Source: an uncultured Nitrososphaeraceae archaeon (GTDB lineage Archaea > Thermoproteota > Nitrososphaeria > Nitrososphaerales > Nitrososphaeraceae). From it: a stretch of DNA of 64,000 bases. The DNA lies in NCBI GenBank assembly GCA_963765895.1, contig CAVXZB010000036.1, positions 1-64,000 on the forward strand. Reading direction: 5' to 3'. Position 1 is the stretch's first letter, and the number at the start of each line of letters is the position of its first letter. A program made the position numbers and the translations under genes. A model generated the notes under the pieces. That model saw nothing but the letters and a program-made list of their open reading frames with translations, was not told the origin of the DNA and made no database searches. This document shows, piece after piece, positions 25,525 through 38,479 of the stretch.

Positions 25525-26556
25525 TTGCGAGATCATGATGTACAGACCTTTATAATAGGAATGCAGAATTCACTTCTCGTGATTGAACCTTCCAATAAAC
25601 TCAAGGTTCATAGGCACTTGAAAGATATTGAACCGCAAAGCGTAGTATTTGATCCTAACAATCCGAGCCGTGCATATTGTGGCACGTTTGGTAACGGTTT
25701 GTGGAGAACTAATGACGGGGGCCAGACTTGGACTATCATTGGAAAAGATGCTATCTCTAGTCCTTATATAATGTCTGTCTCGATAAGACAGGATCATAGA
25801 AATAAATCTAATAAAATATATGTAGGAACCGAGCCAAGTGCCCTTTATATTTCAAACGATGATGGGCATTCATGGGAAAAAATGGGTGCACTAAACAGTT
25901 TACCATCATCTACTTCGTGGAGCTTTCCTCCTAGACCTTGGACTCATCATATACGTTGGATTGAACCAGATGTAAACAACATTAACTATGTTTTTGTTGC
26001 AGTCGAAGCAGGAGCACTAGTCCAGAGTCATGATGGAGGCAGAACCTGGATGGACCGGGTCGAACAGAGCCCATATGACACCCACACTCTATCTACACAT
26101 ACAAAGGCGCCTGGCCGTTTGTACTCTTCAGCTGGCGATGGGTATTTTGAAAGCCTTAACTATGGGGAATCATGGAAAGAACTAACTAGGGGTCTTAGAC
26201 ACCAATACCTGTACGGACTTGCTGTTGATTCAGGTGATCCGAATACGGTGATTGTATCAGCTTCTTTTGGTCCAAGTACAGCATATGTAGTCGAGGATGC
26301 AGAATCGTTTGTATACAGAAAATCAGACGAGGAGGAAAACTGGAAATCTATTTCAAATGGTCTTCCTAAGCCTCATGGAACAACTATTGCAACTCTTGTT
26401 GCAAATCCAAAAGTTGCTGGCGAATTCTATGCTGTAAATAATCATGGGATATTTATCTCCCGTGACTCTGGTATATCCTGGAAGGGACTAGATATTCCAT
26501 GGTCTAAGGAATATTATTCACAATGTCCTAGAGGGTTTGCGGTAGCGTATAATTGA
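25525..26556 (+). CDS. BNR/Asp-box repeat beta-propeller protein (glycosyl hydrolase-like)
   Basis: Repeated SxDGGxTW boxes (TNDGGQTW, SNDDGHSW, SHDGGRTW, SRDSGISW). Confidence 0.88.
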   Translation: MRDHDVQTFIIGMQNSLLVIEPSNKLKVHRHLKDIEPQSVVFDPNNPSRAYCGTFGNGLWRTNDGGQTWTIIGKDAISSPYIMSVSIRQDHRNKSNKIYVGTEPSALYISNDDGHSWEKMGALNSLPSSTSWSFPPRPWTHHIRWIEPDVNNINYVFVAVEAGALVQSHDGGRTWMDRVEQSPYDTHTLSTHTKAPGRLYSSAGDGYFESLNYGESWKELTRGLRHQYLYGLAVDSGDPNTVIVSASFGPSTAYVVEDAESFVYRKSDEEENWKSISNGLPKPHGTTIATLVANPKVAGEFYAVNNHGIFISRDSGISWKGLDIPWSKEYYSQCPRGFAVAYN

Positions 26557-26899
26557 TAGTCTTAATTGCAAATATGGCCAAGATTGACAATAGAGATAAA
26601 CAAAATGATGTGATACGTAAGAGATTGGATTGATGAATATAAAAGGAATCTTGTAATTGTTATGATATTTCTGCTTGTTACTTTTATTTCGACTCATCAT
26701 TAATACTAAATTTACCGAAGTCTCTCTTGTAGTGCATATAGTATTGGAGCATTTATTCTTCTTCCCATTGGATGCAACATCTATTATGTTAGGGGAAACT
26801 ATTAAGTTATATTGTAATTTCATCAGCTTCGCCTAATAATGATATTAAAAATAGGTTAAGAAAGGAAAATACAGAGTAAACAAACACCATTAAAATTGC

Positions 26900-27440
26900 T
26901 TTACTCTCAATGGAACACTTGTTGAGCAAATTTTTTCTATCAATCAATTTGAGTATAGATACATTTGGATAATAGTTTCAGTTTTATCTTAGCCATTTGG
27001 CATGTATTCTCAGTTCTTGATTTTGCTTCCCAATATATAGGTAATATTCTTCAACACATATCATTTATTATCAGAGGCAACTGGCTATTTAGCTATAAGA
27101 TTATTTGGTGAATCATTTAATCTGTTCCTTTTACTCTCTTTGATGTATATGATGAGTTTTGCAGGTTTATTATTTTCTGTTACACAGACTTCACTATATG
27201 TTGTATATTCTATACAAGATCACAATGACGCTGGAACATACATGATTATACCCTCAATACATCGCTTTTGATAGTCCTTCCAGCATATTTAATTCGCAGA
27301 GCATTATTCCATACTCAGATTGCTACTGAGAGATAGTAATAGAAGAAGAAGACGGCCAATTATTACCCTATATTGCTATTATCAAAAATGAAAGTGTGCA
27401 GTATTCCTGCTTGGGTATCTATCATGTCTGGTGATTAATA
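26900..27440 (+). pseudogene. degraded membrane protein (DUF1404/CtaG-like)
   Basis: FILAIWHVF..LDFA and ILQHISFII fragments with hydrophobic segments; many stops. Confidence 0.4.
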
Positions 27441-27650
27441 TTTCTGACATAGTGGTTGATATGATCTATACCATAGCATAGGTAATATGAATAAGTCTTG
27501 AATGTATGATAAAACAAAGCCTAAATTAACCAAATAGTCTGTCGACTATTAAGACGTTTACTAGAATTAGTATATTGTAATTATTGAATGGAAACCATAA
27601 TGCAACACAACTGTCAACATCTATATCCTTTATTTTCCATACGACTTATT

Positions 27651-28844
27651 ATGAAAGCATTAGTATATCATGGTCAAAATAATGTACAGGTAGATGACAA
27701 ACCCCGTCCTACTATACAAAGCCCAGAGGATGTGATTTTACGTGTCACAAGTACAGCATTATGTGGATCTGATCTTCATCTTTTTCATGGTACTGTACAG
27801 GGAATGGAACCAGGACAGACCTTGGGACACGAATTTATGGGAATTGTGGAAGAGGCTGGACCTGCAGTAGAGGAGGTAAAAATAGGAGATAAAGTAGTTA
27901 TTCCATTTAATATTAATTGCGGACGTTGTTGGTATTGTAGACATGAGTTATGGTCCCAATGCGACAGATCTAATCCTAAAGGAGAAGTAGGAGGTGCATT
28001 CGGATATACTCAAGTCCTTGGAGGATATGATGGAGGACAGGCTGAATATGTACGTGTACCGTTTGCAAATACAGTAGCAACATTAAAAGTACCTGATAAC
28101 ATCAAAGCAGATGAACAAGTACTATTTCTAAGTGATATATTCCCCACTGGTTATTTTGGAGCGGATATGGCCAATGTCCAGCCTGGAGACGACGTTGCAG
28201 TATTTGGGGCAGGTCCTGTTGGTTTCTTTGCAACCATGAGCTCATTTTTACGAGGAGCCGCCAGAGTATTTTCCATAGATCACTGGCCTACTCGTCTAGA
28301 CAGGACAAAAGATTTAGGGGCTGAAATAATTAATTTTGATAATGAGGATCCGGTAGAAAGAATAAAAAAAGAAACCACCGGAAAGGGAGCGATATGTATT
28401 GACGCAGTTGGATATGAAGCTGTAGGACATATAGGTAATGGTAATGGTCACAGAAGTAAAGATGGATCAGGAAATAACAATAATAATAATGGTCACGATC
28501 ATTCCAAAGTCTCAAAACCTGCATATGAACCAGCAAATCCACTACAGGTGATAAATTGGATGAGTCAAGCTGCAAGAAAATATTCGACCATCTCAATACC
28601 TGGAGTTTATGGAGCATCTTACGATCAGTTCCCCCTAGGGCAATTGTTTAACCGTGAGCTCCAAATCAGAATGGGCCAGTGCCCTGTTAAAAAATATAAC
28701 GAGCAATTACTTCATCTAATTGAAGTAGGTAGAGTAGATCCAACAAAGATCATAAGCCATACCATGAAACTTGACGAAGCACCTGATGCATATGATATCT
28801 TTGATAAGAAAGAAGATGCAACCAAAATTATCTTTAAGCCTTGA
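27651..28844 (+). CDS. Zn-dependent alcohol dehydrogenase (formaldehyde dehydrogenase-like MDR)
   Basis: MKALVY, CGSDLH, GHEFMG, CGRCWYC...C, GGQAEYVRVP, LSDIFPTGY and GAGPVG. Confidence 0.93.
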   Translation: MKALVYHGQNNVQVDDKPRPTIQSPEDVILRVTSTALCGSDLHLFHGTVQGMEPGQTLGHEFMGIVEEAGPAVEEVKIGDKVVIPFNINCGRCWYCRHELWSQCDRSNPKGEVGGAFGYTQVLGGYDGGQAEYVRVPFANTVATLKVPDNIKADEQVLFLSDIFPTGYFGADMANVQPGDDVAVFGAGPVGFFATMSSFLRGAARVFSIDHWPTRLDRTKDLGAEIINFDNEDPVERIKKETTGKGAICIDAVGYEAVGHIGNGNGHRSKDGSGNNNNNNGHDHSKVSKPAYEPANPLQVINWMSQAARKYSTISIPGVYGASYDQFPLGQLFNRELQIRMGQCPVKKYNEQLLHLIEVGRVDPTKIISHTMKLDEAPDAYDIFDKKEDATKIIFKP

Positions 28845-30768
28845 TGCTATAGTGAAAGTAAAGGAATTCCAGGGAAAGGAATATGATATCAATGTATCGT
28901 GGGATTTCATACGTTGTAAACAGACCTCTAAAAACTGTGCAGCATATAAATTAAAATTGAATGTCAATTGATGTTTATATAACTTATTTTCTGACCATAC
29001 TTTTTTTGTAGTTTTACCTTTGCCTTTAGCCTTATCACCCACGGTAGCCTTATATACCGTAAGGATTTACTTTCTTTTCAGACCTATTCTAACTTTTGAT
29101 ATACCTCGATCAAATTTCTGTTCCTCTGCAGTTGAATCAATCTGTTAGCTAGGAGGACCGGGTTAATTTAACGGCAGCATATCACCTAGATCAGTCTATT
29201 ATCTCTTTTGACATATTTTGGCAGATGACTTGAGACTCGGCTAATCGTTATTGTTATTGATCATGGAGTGTCCATATAATCAGGTAATTATTATATTCTG
29301 GCTTGTAAAGGTGAAAATTATGTTATTAGAATTGCGTTATTAGTTAAGTTGTCTAAAAAAATGTAGCACCAGTACTTTTATTGCTTGAAAAGTGTTTCAC
29401 TTTTTTATTCCTATCTATTACTTGTTTTAGTTCCCATTACATAGGTATAGACGTGATACCAGAGAAGTGTTGTAATACCGATGAATACATCTGCACAAGT
29501 GGAGGTTTTGCGCCAGAAATTGAGAATGGTACGTAGAGCTAAGACCACATTTTTCTGACCTACAGGAATCCTGGTTACTACATACCATACTCGTGACAAC
29601 GCACACGTCCTACATCGGCGAGCCGGACGTTTGCATCACCGCCCAACAATTCTAAAGGATAGTTATCGATATTTTCAAACATATCCTCTTAGTACTTGTC
29701 TAACTAAGTCTAAATTGTATTCATCTAATACAGTCTGTCGTATATCTTCAATAGAAATAATGCTAATATGTTGATTTGATTGGCTACTGATATCACGATT
29801 ATATTCAGAGTTTCCTCATGAAGATCTGAACTATGCTATATTTTTTTGAGGATCATCAAAACTTGCCGTAGTTAACTGACTATATACAGAAGCATTGTTT
29901 CGTCATTGGTAAGATAGAGATATTTCAACTTCGATGGCGCTGCATTTATGTTCTTCAGAGATTGAATTATAGCCTCATCTGCCAGCGATCGGTTTTCAAC
30001 TATATGCTAGATAAATAATTTTTAATATGCATCATTATGAAGGTTTGTTACTAGAGTCAACATTAGTAGTGCACTGCATAGATGATGAAGAAATACAATT
30101 TTCAAACGATATGAAGGGCTCCGATTAAAATAACTGAAACAACGTTGGATGAATTATAACGATGACTAGCAAAAACAAGAAGAAACGAAGCCATATTCAT
30201 TATTGTTTCAATGTGTCTAAGGGGATATATATGATAATTATGATAATGCTTAGCTCTAATGTATATTATACCAACCCGTATGTCTTGCATGTAAATTTGT
30301 CATGGGAAAGAGAGGTTATAAGGAAACGTTAGAAGACGACTGTGAATAGTTGTTTTCTTTTCATATTCTGTATCCTTGATAGCATTTTTCTTATAATACT
30401 CCATTTGGGCATACTTCTCCAACCACTTTTTTTGCACAGCAGTTTCCAATCCAGGATACTCCACCATTTTCTGTTCTAAATTTTCTTTTTTTATAATTTA
30501 CTGTTGCGTCACATAGACTTATAGCAGTATACTTTTAGATATACTGATAGGTCATAACTTTAGAAAATAATTCGAAAATTCGGACCAATGGCAAAGACTC
30601 TCTCATAAAGATGGAACACCCCCGAGTGCCTTGTTCAAGTCTTTTGGAAGCTACTATACAAGATACTACATTTGTTCATTTTTATTATAGTCTCAAATCG
30701 CATACTGATTATATGTAGTTACGATTTCATATCTGAATCATATTCACTCATTCAAATTACATTATTGC

Positions 30769-32379
30769 TTATTGGTTGGGCACATATTTTCTATCTCGCC
30801 ATATTAGAGGTTTTAATTTTTTAGGATGTATAATTAAAGGAAGAATACTGCTAATATATGCGACAAGAAGGAATATGGCTCCAACTGGCGACATAATAGC
30901 ATATATGGGTGAGATCTTGAATACCCGAATTGCATTAACCGTCGAACCTACAAACAACCCTATACATGCAGATAAATTTAACAATAATGTTGTAAAGTGT
31001 ATTTGGTATATTAGTCTAGCCTGATCCCTGATAGAATTTGTACTATAAAAGCTATCAATAATGTAATTATCCAATATTGAGTCTGGAAGTTTCATAATAC
31101 CCAAACTGTATGGAAGCATAACAAATGGTAGGACGGTCATAAAAAATATCGTTAATAAATCATAAATCACTCTTCTCCTCCTTTTCTTTCCATTCATATT
31201 AAGAAGCGCTGGCATTATTGTTCTAGCTATACCGTTCCATAATGTTTGGAGATCACTTGACCATAAAGCACTTAGGCTTTTATCCATTCGCAAACCCCTA
31301 ATTTTATAGCCCATTTGCTTAGCTCTTATCCCAAGTGCCTCATCTTCCCTGATATTACTACGAATCATTTTATAAGTTCCAATATTTTCAAAGGTTTTTC
31401 TTTTTATTACGATAAAGCATCCCATTAGACTAGCTGCATCAGATTTAGGATTGTTAATATCAGTTATATTATACCCGAAAAGGGTACCAATTAACTTCCA
31501 TACTGGATTTACTATTTTTGACCAAAAATCTCGAAGCTCAATTAATGGAAAACCAGTGAGTACATCTAAATTTTCTTTCTCGAAATAAGAGATAGACGAA
31601 CTTATAGTATCGCTATTCATATAGAGTGTATCTGCATCAGTAAAAATTAATATATCTCCTTTACTACAAAGATAGCCTTGTTGCGAGGCCCATGTTTTTC
31701 CGGTCCAGCCAAGTGGTCTGTCCTTTTTTAATGACACTATCTTTAATCTATTGTAACTCTTTTTATCACTTTTGCCGTAATTAATTGCTTTGAGATCATC
31801 TTTTTTTGATGATATCGTTACAGTTCCATCGCTGATTTTTCCCTTTTGAACGGAAGTTAAAATATTTGAATTGGTGGAAGAGATATTATTAGAATTTAGA
31901 TATGTTAATTCAGGATTCTCTTGCCACTGCTCGTATTGTTGCTGAGATAGTGGCTTTTTGTCTTCGTTTATAAGGCCTGTTTGTATTTCCTGCATGATTT
32001 TGAGAGTGTTATCACTCGAATTATCATTAACTGCAATTATCTCTAATTTAGTGTAATTTTGACTGAGTAAAGACGTGAGACACCTTGTAATATGGTTCTG
32101 CTCATTCCTAGCAGGTATTATTATACTTACATGTGGCATATTATCATCGTACTGAACTTTACCGTTAGTTTGACTCAATTTGCAGCAGGTTGAATGCGCT
32201 TTATTCCGACACCGATCTATGGATGGAGTGCGATAGTGATTTCTAAGTAATATGGCAAATAAATATACCCAGAGTATATTTAGTGCTATTAGTACCACTG
32301 GTACCGTTAAGATACTCATAAAATAAAATGCGGAATTCATGAGGTTTATTGATTGAAGAAATGCCGCAAGTATTTCCAA
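30769..32379 (-). CDS. membrane GT2 glycosyltransferase (HpnB/CrtQ-like) with low-complexity insert
   Basis: VSIIIPARNE, NDNSSDNT, GWTGKTWA, FTDAD, REDEALG; N- and C-terminal TM helices. Confidence 0.9.
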   Translation of the reverse strand: MEILAAFLQSINLMNSAFYFMSILTVPVVLIALNILWVYLFAILLRNHYRTPSIDRCRNKAHSTCCKLSQTNGKVQYDDNMPHVSIIIPARNEQNHITRCLTSLLSQNYTKLEIIAVNDNSSDNTLKIMQEIQTGLINEDKKPLSQQQYEQWQENPELTYLNSNNISSTNSNILTSVQKGKISDGTVTISSKKDDLKAINYGKSDKKSYNRLKIVSLKKDRPLGWTGKTWASQQGYLCSKGDILIFTDADTLYMNSDTISSSISYFEKENLDVLTGFPLIELRDFWSKIVNPVWKLIGTLFGYNITDINNPKSDAASLMGCFIVIKRKTFENIGTYKMIRSNIREDEALGIRAKQMGYKIRGLRMDKSLSALWSSDLQTLWNGIARTIMPALLNMNGKKRRRRVIYDLLTIFFMTVLPFVMLPYSLGIMKLPDSILDNYIIDSFYSTNSIRDQARLIYQIHFTTLLLNLSACIGLFVGSTVNAIRVFKISPIYAIMSPVGAIFLLVAYISSILPLIIHPKKLKPLIWRDRKYVPNQ

Positions 32380-32537
32380 ATTAGTATCTAGTGTATGTTC
32401 ATGGACCTTAAAGTATATAATGGATAAAATCCACTATTATAATTGAGTTAAATAAGGTATGGTAATTAAGGTAATTAAATCCTAGAAATGCTATTGTGTA
32501 TATAGATTTTTTTCTATAATAGCATTCAGTTAGATAT

Positions 32538-32990
32538 CTAGTCTTTAAGCTTCTTCATTAGGACATCATTATATACATATCCTAATTTCTCGTAAAAAGG
32601 CATTGTGGATATCGAGCAGTCTAATTCGATTTTAGCACATTTCATTTGCTCAAATCCATATTGTGTAACAAATTCAACTAATCTAATGCCGATACCCCTA
32701 CCTTGAAACTCCTTGAGAACAGCAACATCTTCGATATGCCCCACTCTATCTGCATTTCCTATCAACTTTGGTTCAACAAGAAGTGTACACGATGCGATAA
32801 CTTTCCTTCCATAATTCTCGCTATTAGCAAGTGCGATAAATATGTGGTGCAAAGGGTTAACAGCTATCTCTGTTTCATAAATAAATTTAGCAGTTTTCAG
32901 ATCCGTTTTTACCTCAACTAAACTTCTTAATACCTCCAGATATTGTGCGATATCTTGAACTTGAAGTTTACATATGGATATGGCAGTCAT
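32538..32990 (-). CDS. GNAT acetyltransferase, glucosamine-6-phosphate N-acetyltransferase (GNA1-like)
   Basis: LLVEPKLI...GHIEDVAV..EFQGRGIG, KIELDC, FYEKLGY. Confidence 0.88.
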   Translation of the reverse strand: MTAISICKLQVQDIAQYLEVLRSLVEVKTDLKTAKFIYETEIAVNPLHHIFIALANSENYGRKVIASCTLLVEPKLIGNADRVGHIEDVAVLKEFQGRGIGIRLVEFVTQYGFEQMKCAKIELDCSISTMPFYEKLGYVYNDVLMKKLKD

Positions 32991-33300
32991 GTATTACTCA
33001 CTGTATCTAAACAAATCATGTATTTGAAACCATAAATTTCTTCCTTGATAAAATCATTGCATGTATTTAGGTAAGGTAATATGCTCGGTAATATGCTCTT
33101 CTAGATCCTGCATTATCTACTTGATCTTTCATTAATCTTTCATTAATACATTTGATTTATCTTAACTAACAGTTATTTTACTGTTCCGTAGGTCACATCG
33201 CTTTTCTGGTGCCTGAGATTAGCTAGGAATTATAAGAAATTATAAGTTATAGCATCAGAAATTACCTACCTTAATATTCTATAAAATGTATATATAAATA

Positions 33301-33642
33301 ATGACTAATATCGCTAAGAAAGTTAAGGATACACTAGGAGACGTCAAAGATAAGGCAGTAGGAACTTCTGAACACACAGGAGATAAGGCAGAAGACTATG
33401 TAAAGCAAACAGAAAGTGATACTACTAGGGAGTATGAGGCAAATGAACCAATGTCGCCTGCAAAGATAAAGGAACATGAACCCACTGCGGTAAGAAGACA
33501 AGACAATACCTCAAGTTCTAGTTCGTCATCAATGCAAGATCCTAAAGAAAGATTAAGGAGAAGTGGAATGACCGAAGGAACAGGTGGTTCTACTGAAACT
33601 GGTGACGAGTATGAGCAAGGAGCAGCAGGGACAAATAAGTAA
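33301..33642 (+). CDS. hydrophilic LEA/CsbD-like protein
   Basis: KVKDTLGDVKDKA; very polar composition. Confidence 0.7.
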   Translation: MTNIAKKVKDTLGDVKDKAVGTSEHTGDKAEDYVKQTESDTTREYEANEPMSPAKIKEHEPTAVRRQDNTSSSSSSSMQDPKERLRRSGMTEGTGGSTETGDEYEQGAAGTNK

Positions 33643-33749
33643 TAGACAATTAGTTAACCAGTAGTGAGAATAAGAATAAGAGATTATTGTTTTTATTCAT
33701 ATTAAATCTCTATTCCTGTAATTTTTGATGATTATTCTTTTCAAGGTTC

Positions 33750-34030
33750 AGAGTTGTACTTTCCTTTCTGGCTTGAAGATGAGCTAAATTGACTCTTCCT
33801 TATATATTCCCTCATTAAGGTGATTTATCTCCATAAACATGTTTTGAATGAACTTCTTCCTCATTTATCAAAAGCCACAGATGCTTATCGTCATATACAT
33901 CTGCTGTATACTTTGGAATCCAGAATTTGTCTTTCTTTATTGAACCCTTCTCTAGACGAACATAATTATTAGTGTATCCTTAATCTCTCAAATATCCTTT
34001 CTATCATTTGTTATTACTTTTTTTTATCTT
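33750..34030 (-). pseudogene. PRC-barrel-like protein remnant
   Basis: NYVRLEKGSIKKDKFWIPKYTADVYDDKHLWLLI resembles 43727-43972. Confidence 0.5.
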
Positions 34031-34508
34031 TAAGTATGTTTTCATAAAATGTAGAGGCCAATCCTACTACCATTGCCATGGCTATTATACTACTACAAAC
34101 GTCATTGTGAACTCAACACAATTTTGAAGTATTGATATTGATAATCTAGTACTCATACTATGAGTTTTCAATTCATTAAATATATGATATATCAGATCCA
34201 GAAATTTTGTCAGGAGGATCAGCCTTATATTAATTTTTAATAGTTTATCCTAGTGCCCCTTATATTAGATCATCATTTAATTTGGTACTGTTCTTAGTGT
34301 CTCTTTTGTGGTTCCTAGAAGTTGCAATAGTAAGTGTATTATCTAGTGATTATTAGAGTATTCTGGGTATAGTTAGAAGTCTGGCAACAGCTGTAATAGA
34401 ATTGTAAAATTTAATTTTTGCCCGAACTATCATTTCAAGAGTGATAAAAGAAAGGAAGAAATGAAATGAAGCATAATGTTGAATGGCTAGGTTCAATTCT
34501 GGTAAATA

Positions 34509-34828
34509 TTAAATCTTCGTGACAGGTACTATATGTATCAAGATAGATTGTTGCTGAAACCTTCTCTCTAACGTGGATTTAAATGATGTAAGGAACTCTC
34601 TATTTGAGTTATTGTCTTCACAGATAACCCACATCATCCTATTTTTATCGTTGTAGTATACCTTGGTTTCGGGGTCCTTCCAACGCCCATCTATGGTAGA
34701 GTTATCACTGCTACAACGCCCAAATCTATCTACCAATTCATCATATGTCTGTGAAACCTTTTCGTTTTCTATAGGTGATCCATCGTTATAAAAAAAGGGA
34801 TAAGAATTTCTACTTTAATTTGAGACAT
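34509..34828 (-). CDS. conserved hypothetical protein, frameshifted in a T7 tract
   Basis: MSQIKVEILIP [frameshift] YNDGSPIENEKVSQTYDELVDRFG...GRWKDP...LERRFQQQSI. Confidence 0.7.
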
Positions 34829-36376
34829 CAAGGTTATTTTATAATATCGTATCTTATATTTTATTATCTAGTAAATAAACCACTTTTAAAAACGGATTAT
34901 CAGAAAGTTTTACACTCTGCTTCCATCAAAGTTAATGTCCGCAGACCTAATAATGAAAGAATGTTTGCTATATCTAGATCTAGTCCAAAACGTGTTGATA
35001 TGGAAATGTCAAAATTGCCCTGACATGTTAGAATCAGTCTCTAATGATGAGAAATAAGAATAATTAGTATTAAATAACATCTTACCTAGATGCTATTGCT
35101 GTCCTGGCACGCCGCCATTAGAATAAGACATATCTGATTGTCTGGACATCGCAGTGGCATTTAACTGTATACACAATTGACATAAATTCATATCGAATTT
35201 CAAACTGCTGCCGTCCGTTAGATATCCTGACAGGATATTTTACTCATACATTTAAATAATAAGAGTGATACTAGATAGCAGTAACTATATAGTATTCGAG
35301 GATGAGAACGAATTATTATATAGACTGTTGTACGAGTCAAATATGCGTATAAGACATCTGCCGTCAATGGGCTCGGAAATCTCTTGTCTCAACCATTCTC
35401 GAGTCCCAAAGACGGTAGCTCTTTCCTAATGCATCATAGGTTATATTCTATAGGAGCTGTGCTCTGACAGATGCATTTCAATATATGTATCATCACTTGG
35501 AATTCACTCTGTACAAACGTAGTTTGCTCCAGGATTGTTTAGGCGAGTCCTGATGACAAATTGTTTATTTATGATTAATTAAATAGTTGCTTAGTTATTA
35601 TTACATGATATTGAATGCCATTATGGTGCCTTCTAACACCAACAAAGGACAAATGAATTATAATCTCCTAATAGAATTGAAAGTATAGAATATTCTATTT
35701 CCTATTGCCAGAATACAGTCATTTTGACTAATTCTGTTTTATTCTACTAGAAGTCATTCAGTATAATTGGTTTGATATAAATATTCCACATTATGTAATT
35801 GAGTGATGTTCACATCAATCCTTCACATAAGTATGGGGCCGGATGAGTACCAGCAATTATTTCTCCATGTTCTTACCAGTCTGTAACCAAACTCAAAGCA
35901 CTTCTAAAACGATTAGGTGGGTCCTACATTCACTTAGACTTTATGCAACTTGATTTCCTTCCGCTTTATATTGATGACTATTAATAAAAATATGTTGGCC
36001 TTTTGTCAAGCCGTAATAATGTCCTTATATGTTGTTATATAACGACAGAAATTACTAACCATGATTGCTTCTCATTATCGGTATATTCGGAATAGTAATT
36101 GTAACAGGAAACATTGGTAGCACGCTCGGAAGTAGAATTGAATGTCTAGCGATGGCGGCTTTTACTCACTCTTTTTACCTTTCTGAGCAATAATATTTAC
36201 TTGATAATGAAAATAAATGATATTGAGACTTAACATTAAAACAAGACCTGACTATGAATCTAGCTGTCAGTATCATAAAATGTCAGTTAAACTCATTAAA
36301 TATCTATGGTATAATGCCTCAAACCAATAACAATATAAGCATTTAATATAATGTATAACATAATTAGGTATATCTT

Positions 36377-37249
36377 ATGGATAAAGCATATGCTAAAGAC
36401 TGGGAAGACGTAAAATATAACATCCATTCTAATGCACCAGATGAGAATAATATAACACGAGGAGCTCATCACGTTTTAGAGGCATTACCGACGACGCTAC
36501 CTGGCTCTCATAACCTTATAGTTTATTCTGATATACGAGTTCTAAGAAAAGTATATCCAGAATATGTCAAATCTCTACTTGAGAATAATGAGATTGTCTT
36601 AATATTGTCATATTATGAGCATCCATCTACAATGAGACAGATATTGCTAAACGGAAGTAATGGCAAGAGTAAGACTTTGAATGTGGAAGGATATATACAA
36701 GATGGTTCACTAGTAATTGTTGATTCACTAGCATCATATTTTAATCAAGGTTATAATAATAATAATAATAATAACAATAATCATCATCTTCATTATGAAA
36801 TAGATAAAGAAGATGATAATAACAATAATAATAATAACAATAATAATAAGCTGAACTTTTTATCACTCATAAGAATATTATTAAATCATGGTATAAAAAA
36901 CAATAAAACCGGTATTACTATATTTTCAGATATGGGTTCATTTTTTCATTTTAATTCTGCATCTTACAAGAACAATAATGACAATAACAATACTGAGGAT
37001 AAAGTTGATCACAATATTGATAATGATACTCTAAACAAAATCCTTGAATATGAAAGGTCAATTCCATCAAGCTATAAAGATTTAGAATTAAAGAAATTCT
37101 GCTTGTATCATCAAAAGGATTATGAATCACATTTCAAGTCCACGCGTCAAAAGGCACAGTTACTTGACTGTCATGGCCGGTCCATTTTGATTATGGATGG
37201 TAATAATAATAATAACTATGGTCATAATACCAAAAATAAGAATAATTGA
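36377..37249 (+). CDS. MEDS-like sensory domain protein with poly-Asn inserts
   Basis: GSHNLIVY, DGSLVIVDS, FSDMGSFF, ILEYER, FCLYHQKD. Confidence 0.8.
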   Translation: MDKAYAKDWEDVKYNIHSNAPDENNITRGAHHVLEALPTTLPGSHNLIVYSDIRVLRKVYPEYVKSLLENNEIVLILSYYEHPSTMRQILLNGSNGKSKTLNVEGYIQDGSLVIVDSLASYFNQGYNNNNNNNNNHHLHYEIDKEDDNNNNNNNNNNKLNFLSLIRILLNHGIKNNKTGITIFSDMGSFFHFNSASYKNNNDNNNTEDKVDHNIDNDTLNKILEYERSIPSSYKDLELKKFCLYHQKDYESHFKSTRQKAQLLDCHGRSILIMDGNNNNNYGHNTKNKNN

Positions 37250-37625
37250 TCCAGCAGGAATATTTTTTAGTTAGCTCGTTACATTTAGTTAGTTTTATAG
37301 TTAGTATATAGTGAAATCTTTCCAGTACGATTAATCTCTATGACATCTTGTATTGAGACTACTTATTGCCAATATTTAGAACAATAAGTAATGAACAATA
37401 GTCACAATATCGGTATATATTTATGATGGTTTGATTCTTGAAAGCGTCATTTAAAATACAATATCTGATATTTTATTGCATAATTTTAGTCAGATTTTAT
37501 TTTATCTTTTAAAAATAGGCAAACTTAAATAGTTTGCCGTCTATAATGAAAATGATATAATTGAATTTTTTAATTAGCCTTGGACTATATATTCCACTAT
37601 CAATCAATTATAATTTGATTAGCAA

Positions 37626-38135
37626 GTGGAATCTGATGCTATAATGGGACAACGGCTGTCAGCTAAGGAGCATATTCTAGACAAGCACGATTATCAGATA
37701 CTCAATCTTCTGACACAGGGTGCAGATAATAAGGCCATTGCTGAAAAACTGAGAATTCCATTATCCACAGTACAAAGAAGATCAAGGATTCTATTAAGAG
37801 AGGGATATGTTAAGCAGATATTCCAACCCAATTACAAGAAATTAGGATTAAAGAAAGGTTTACTTCATGTATATATACGAACTGGCAATATAAAGGAAAT
37901 GGCAGAAGAACTATTATCAAGAGAGGGTATAATGTCCGCTGGAATTCATGTCGGTAATTCCGATATAGTAGGAGAATTTGTTTATGAAGATAGCGAACAA
38001 TTAGTGGATCTGATTTCACATGTAAAGGAGGTGAATTCGGTAGATAGAGTAGTGTGGTCAGAAGAGGTCTTTCTTCTCCAGGGAAAAGAACATAGCATTC
38101 TTGCAGTCTTGGACAGAATAATTGATAGACAGTAA
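37626..38135 (+). CDS. Lrp/AsnC-like winged-HTH regulator
   Basis: NKAIAEKLRIPLSTVQRRSR; HVGNSDIV; VVWSEEV. Confidence 0.88.
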   Translation: MESDAIMGQRLSAKEHILDKHDYQILNLLTQGADNKAIAEKLRIPLSTVQRRSRILLREGYVKQIFQPNYKKLGLKKGLLHVYIRTGNIKEMAEELLSREGIMSAGIHVGNSDIVGEFVYEDSEQLVDLISHVKEVNSVDRVVWSEEVFLLQGKEHSILAVLDRIIDRQ

Positions 38136-38479
38136 TATGTTTATTAATATCACTCATTGGCTATAGGTAGTCTGTAGTTTAGTCGATCAATAACATAAGA
38201 TTAGATTAAAAAATGATTTTAAAAACATTTAGATAGATTAATTAACTAATTCTAAACGCCCCCTGATGAAGATCATTATGGATAAATATATTATAATGTG
38301 ATAAGATAGATAATTAATTAAATATAATAATTTTAACCAATCAAAGTTCTGTCAATGAAATATCGAATTAAATTTATTGTTATCATTAATTGCCTATCAT
38401 TTTTTGTCATCACTTTACTGGTTTAATCAAAGAAAGCATTAAATAATTCATTTAGTTCTACTCTTCAGGATAAGATAAG

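Noticed and set aside
29411-29660. GC-richer patch as an ncRNA or gene
   Set aside because: No consistent base-pairing or protein motif found; probably a decayed coding fragment
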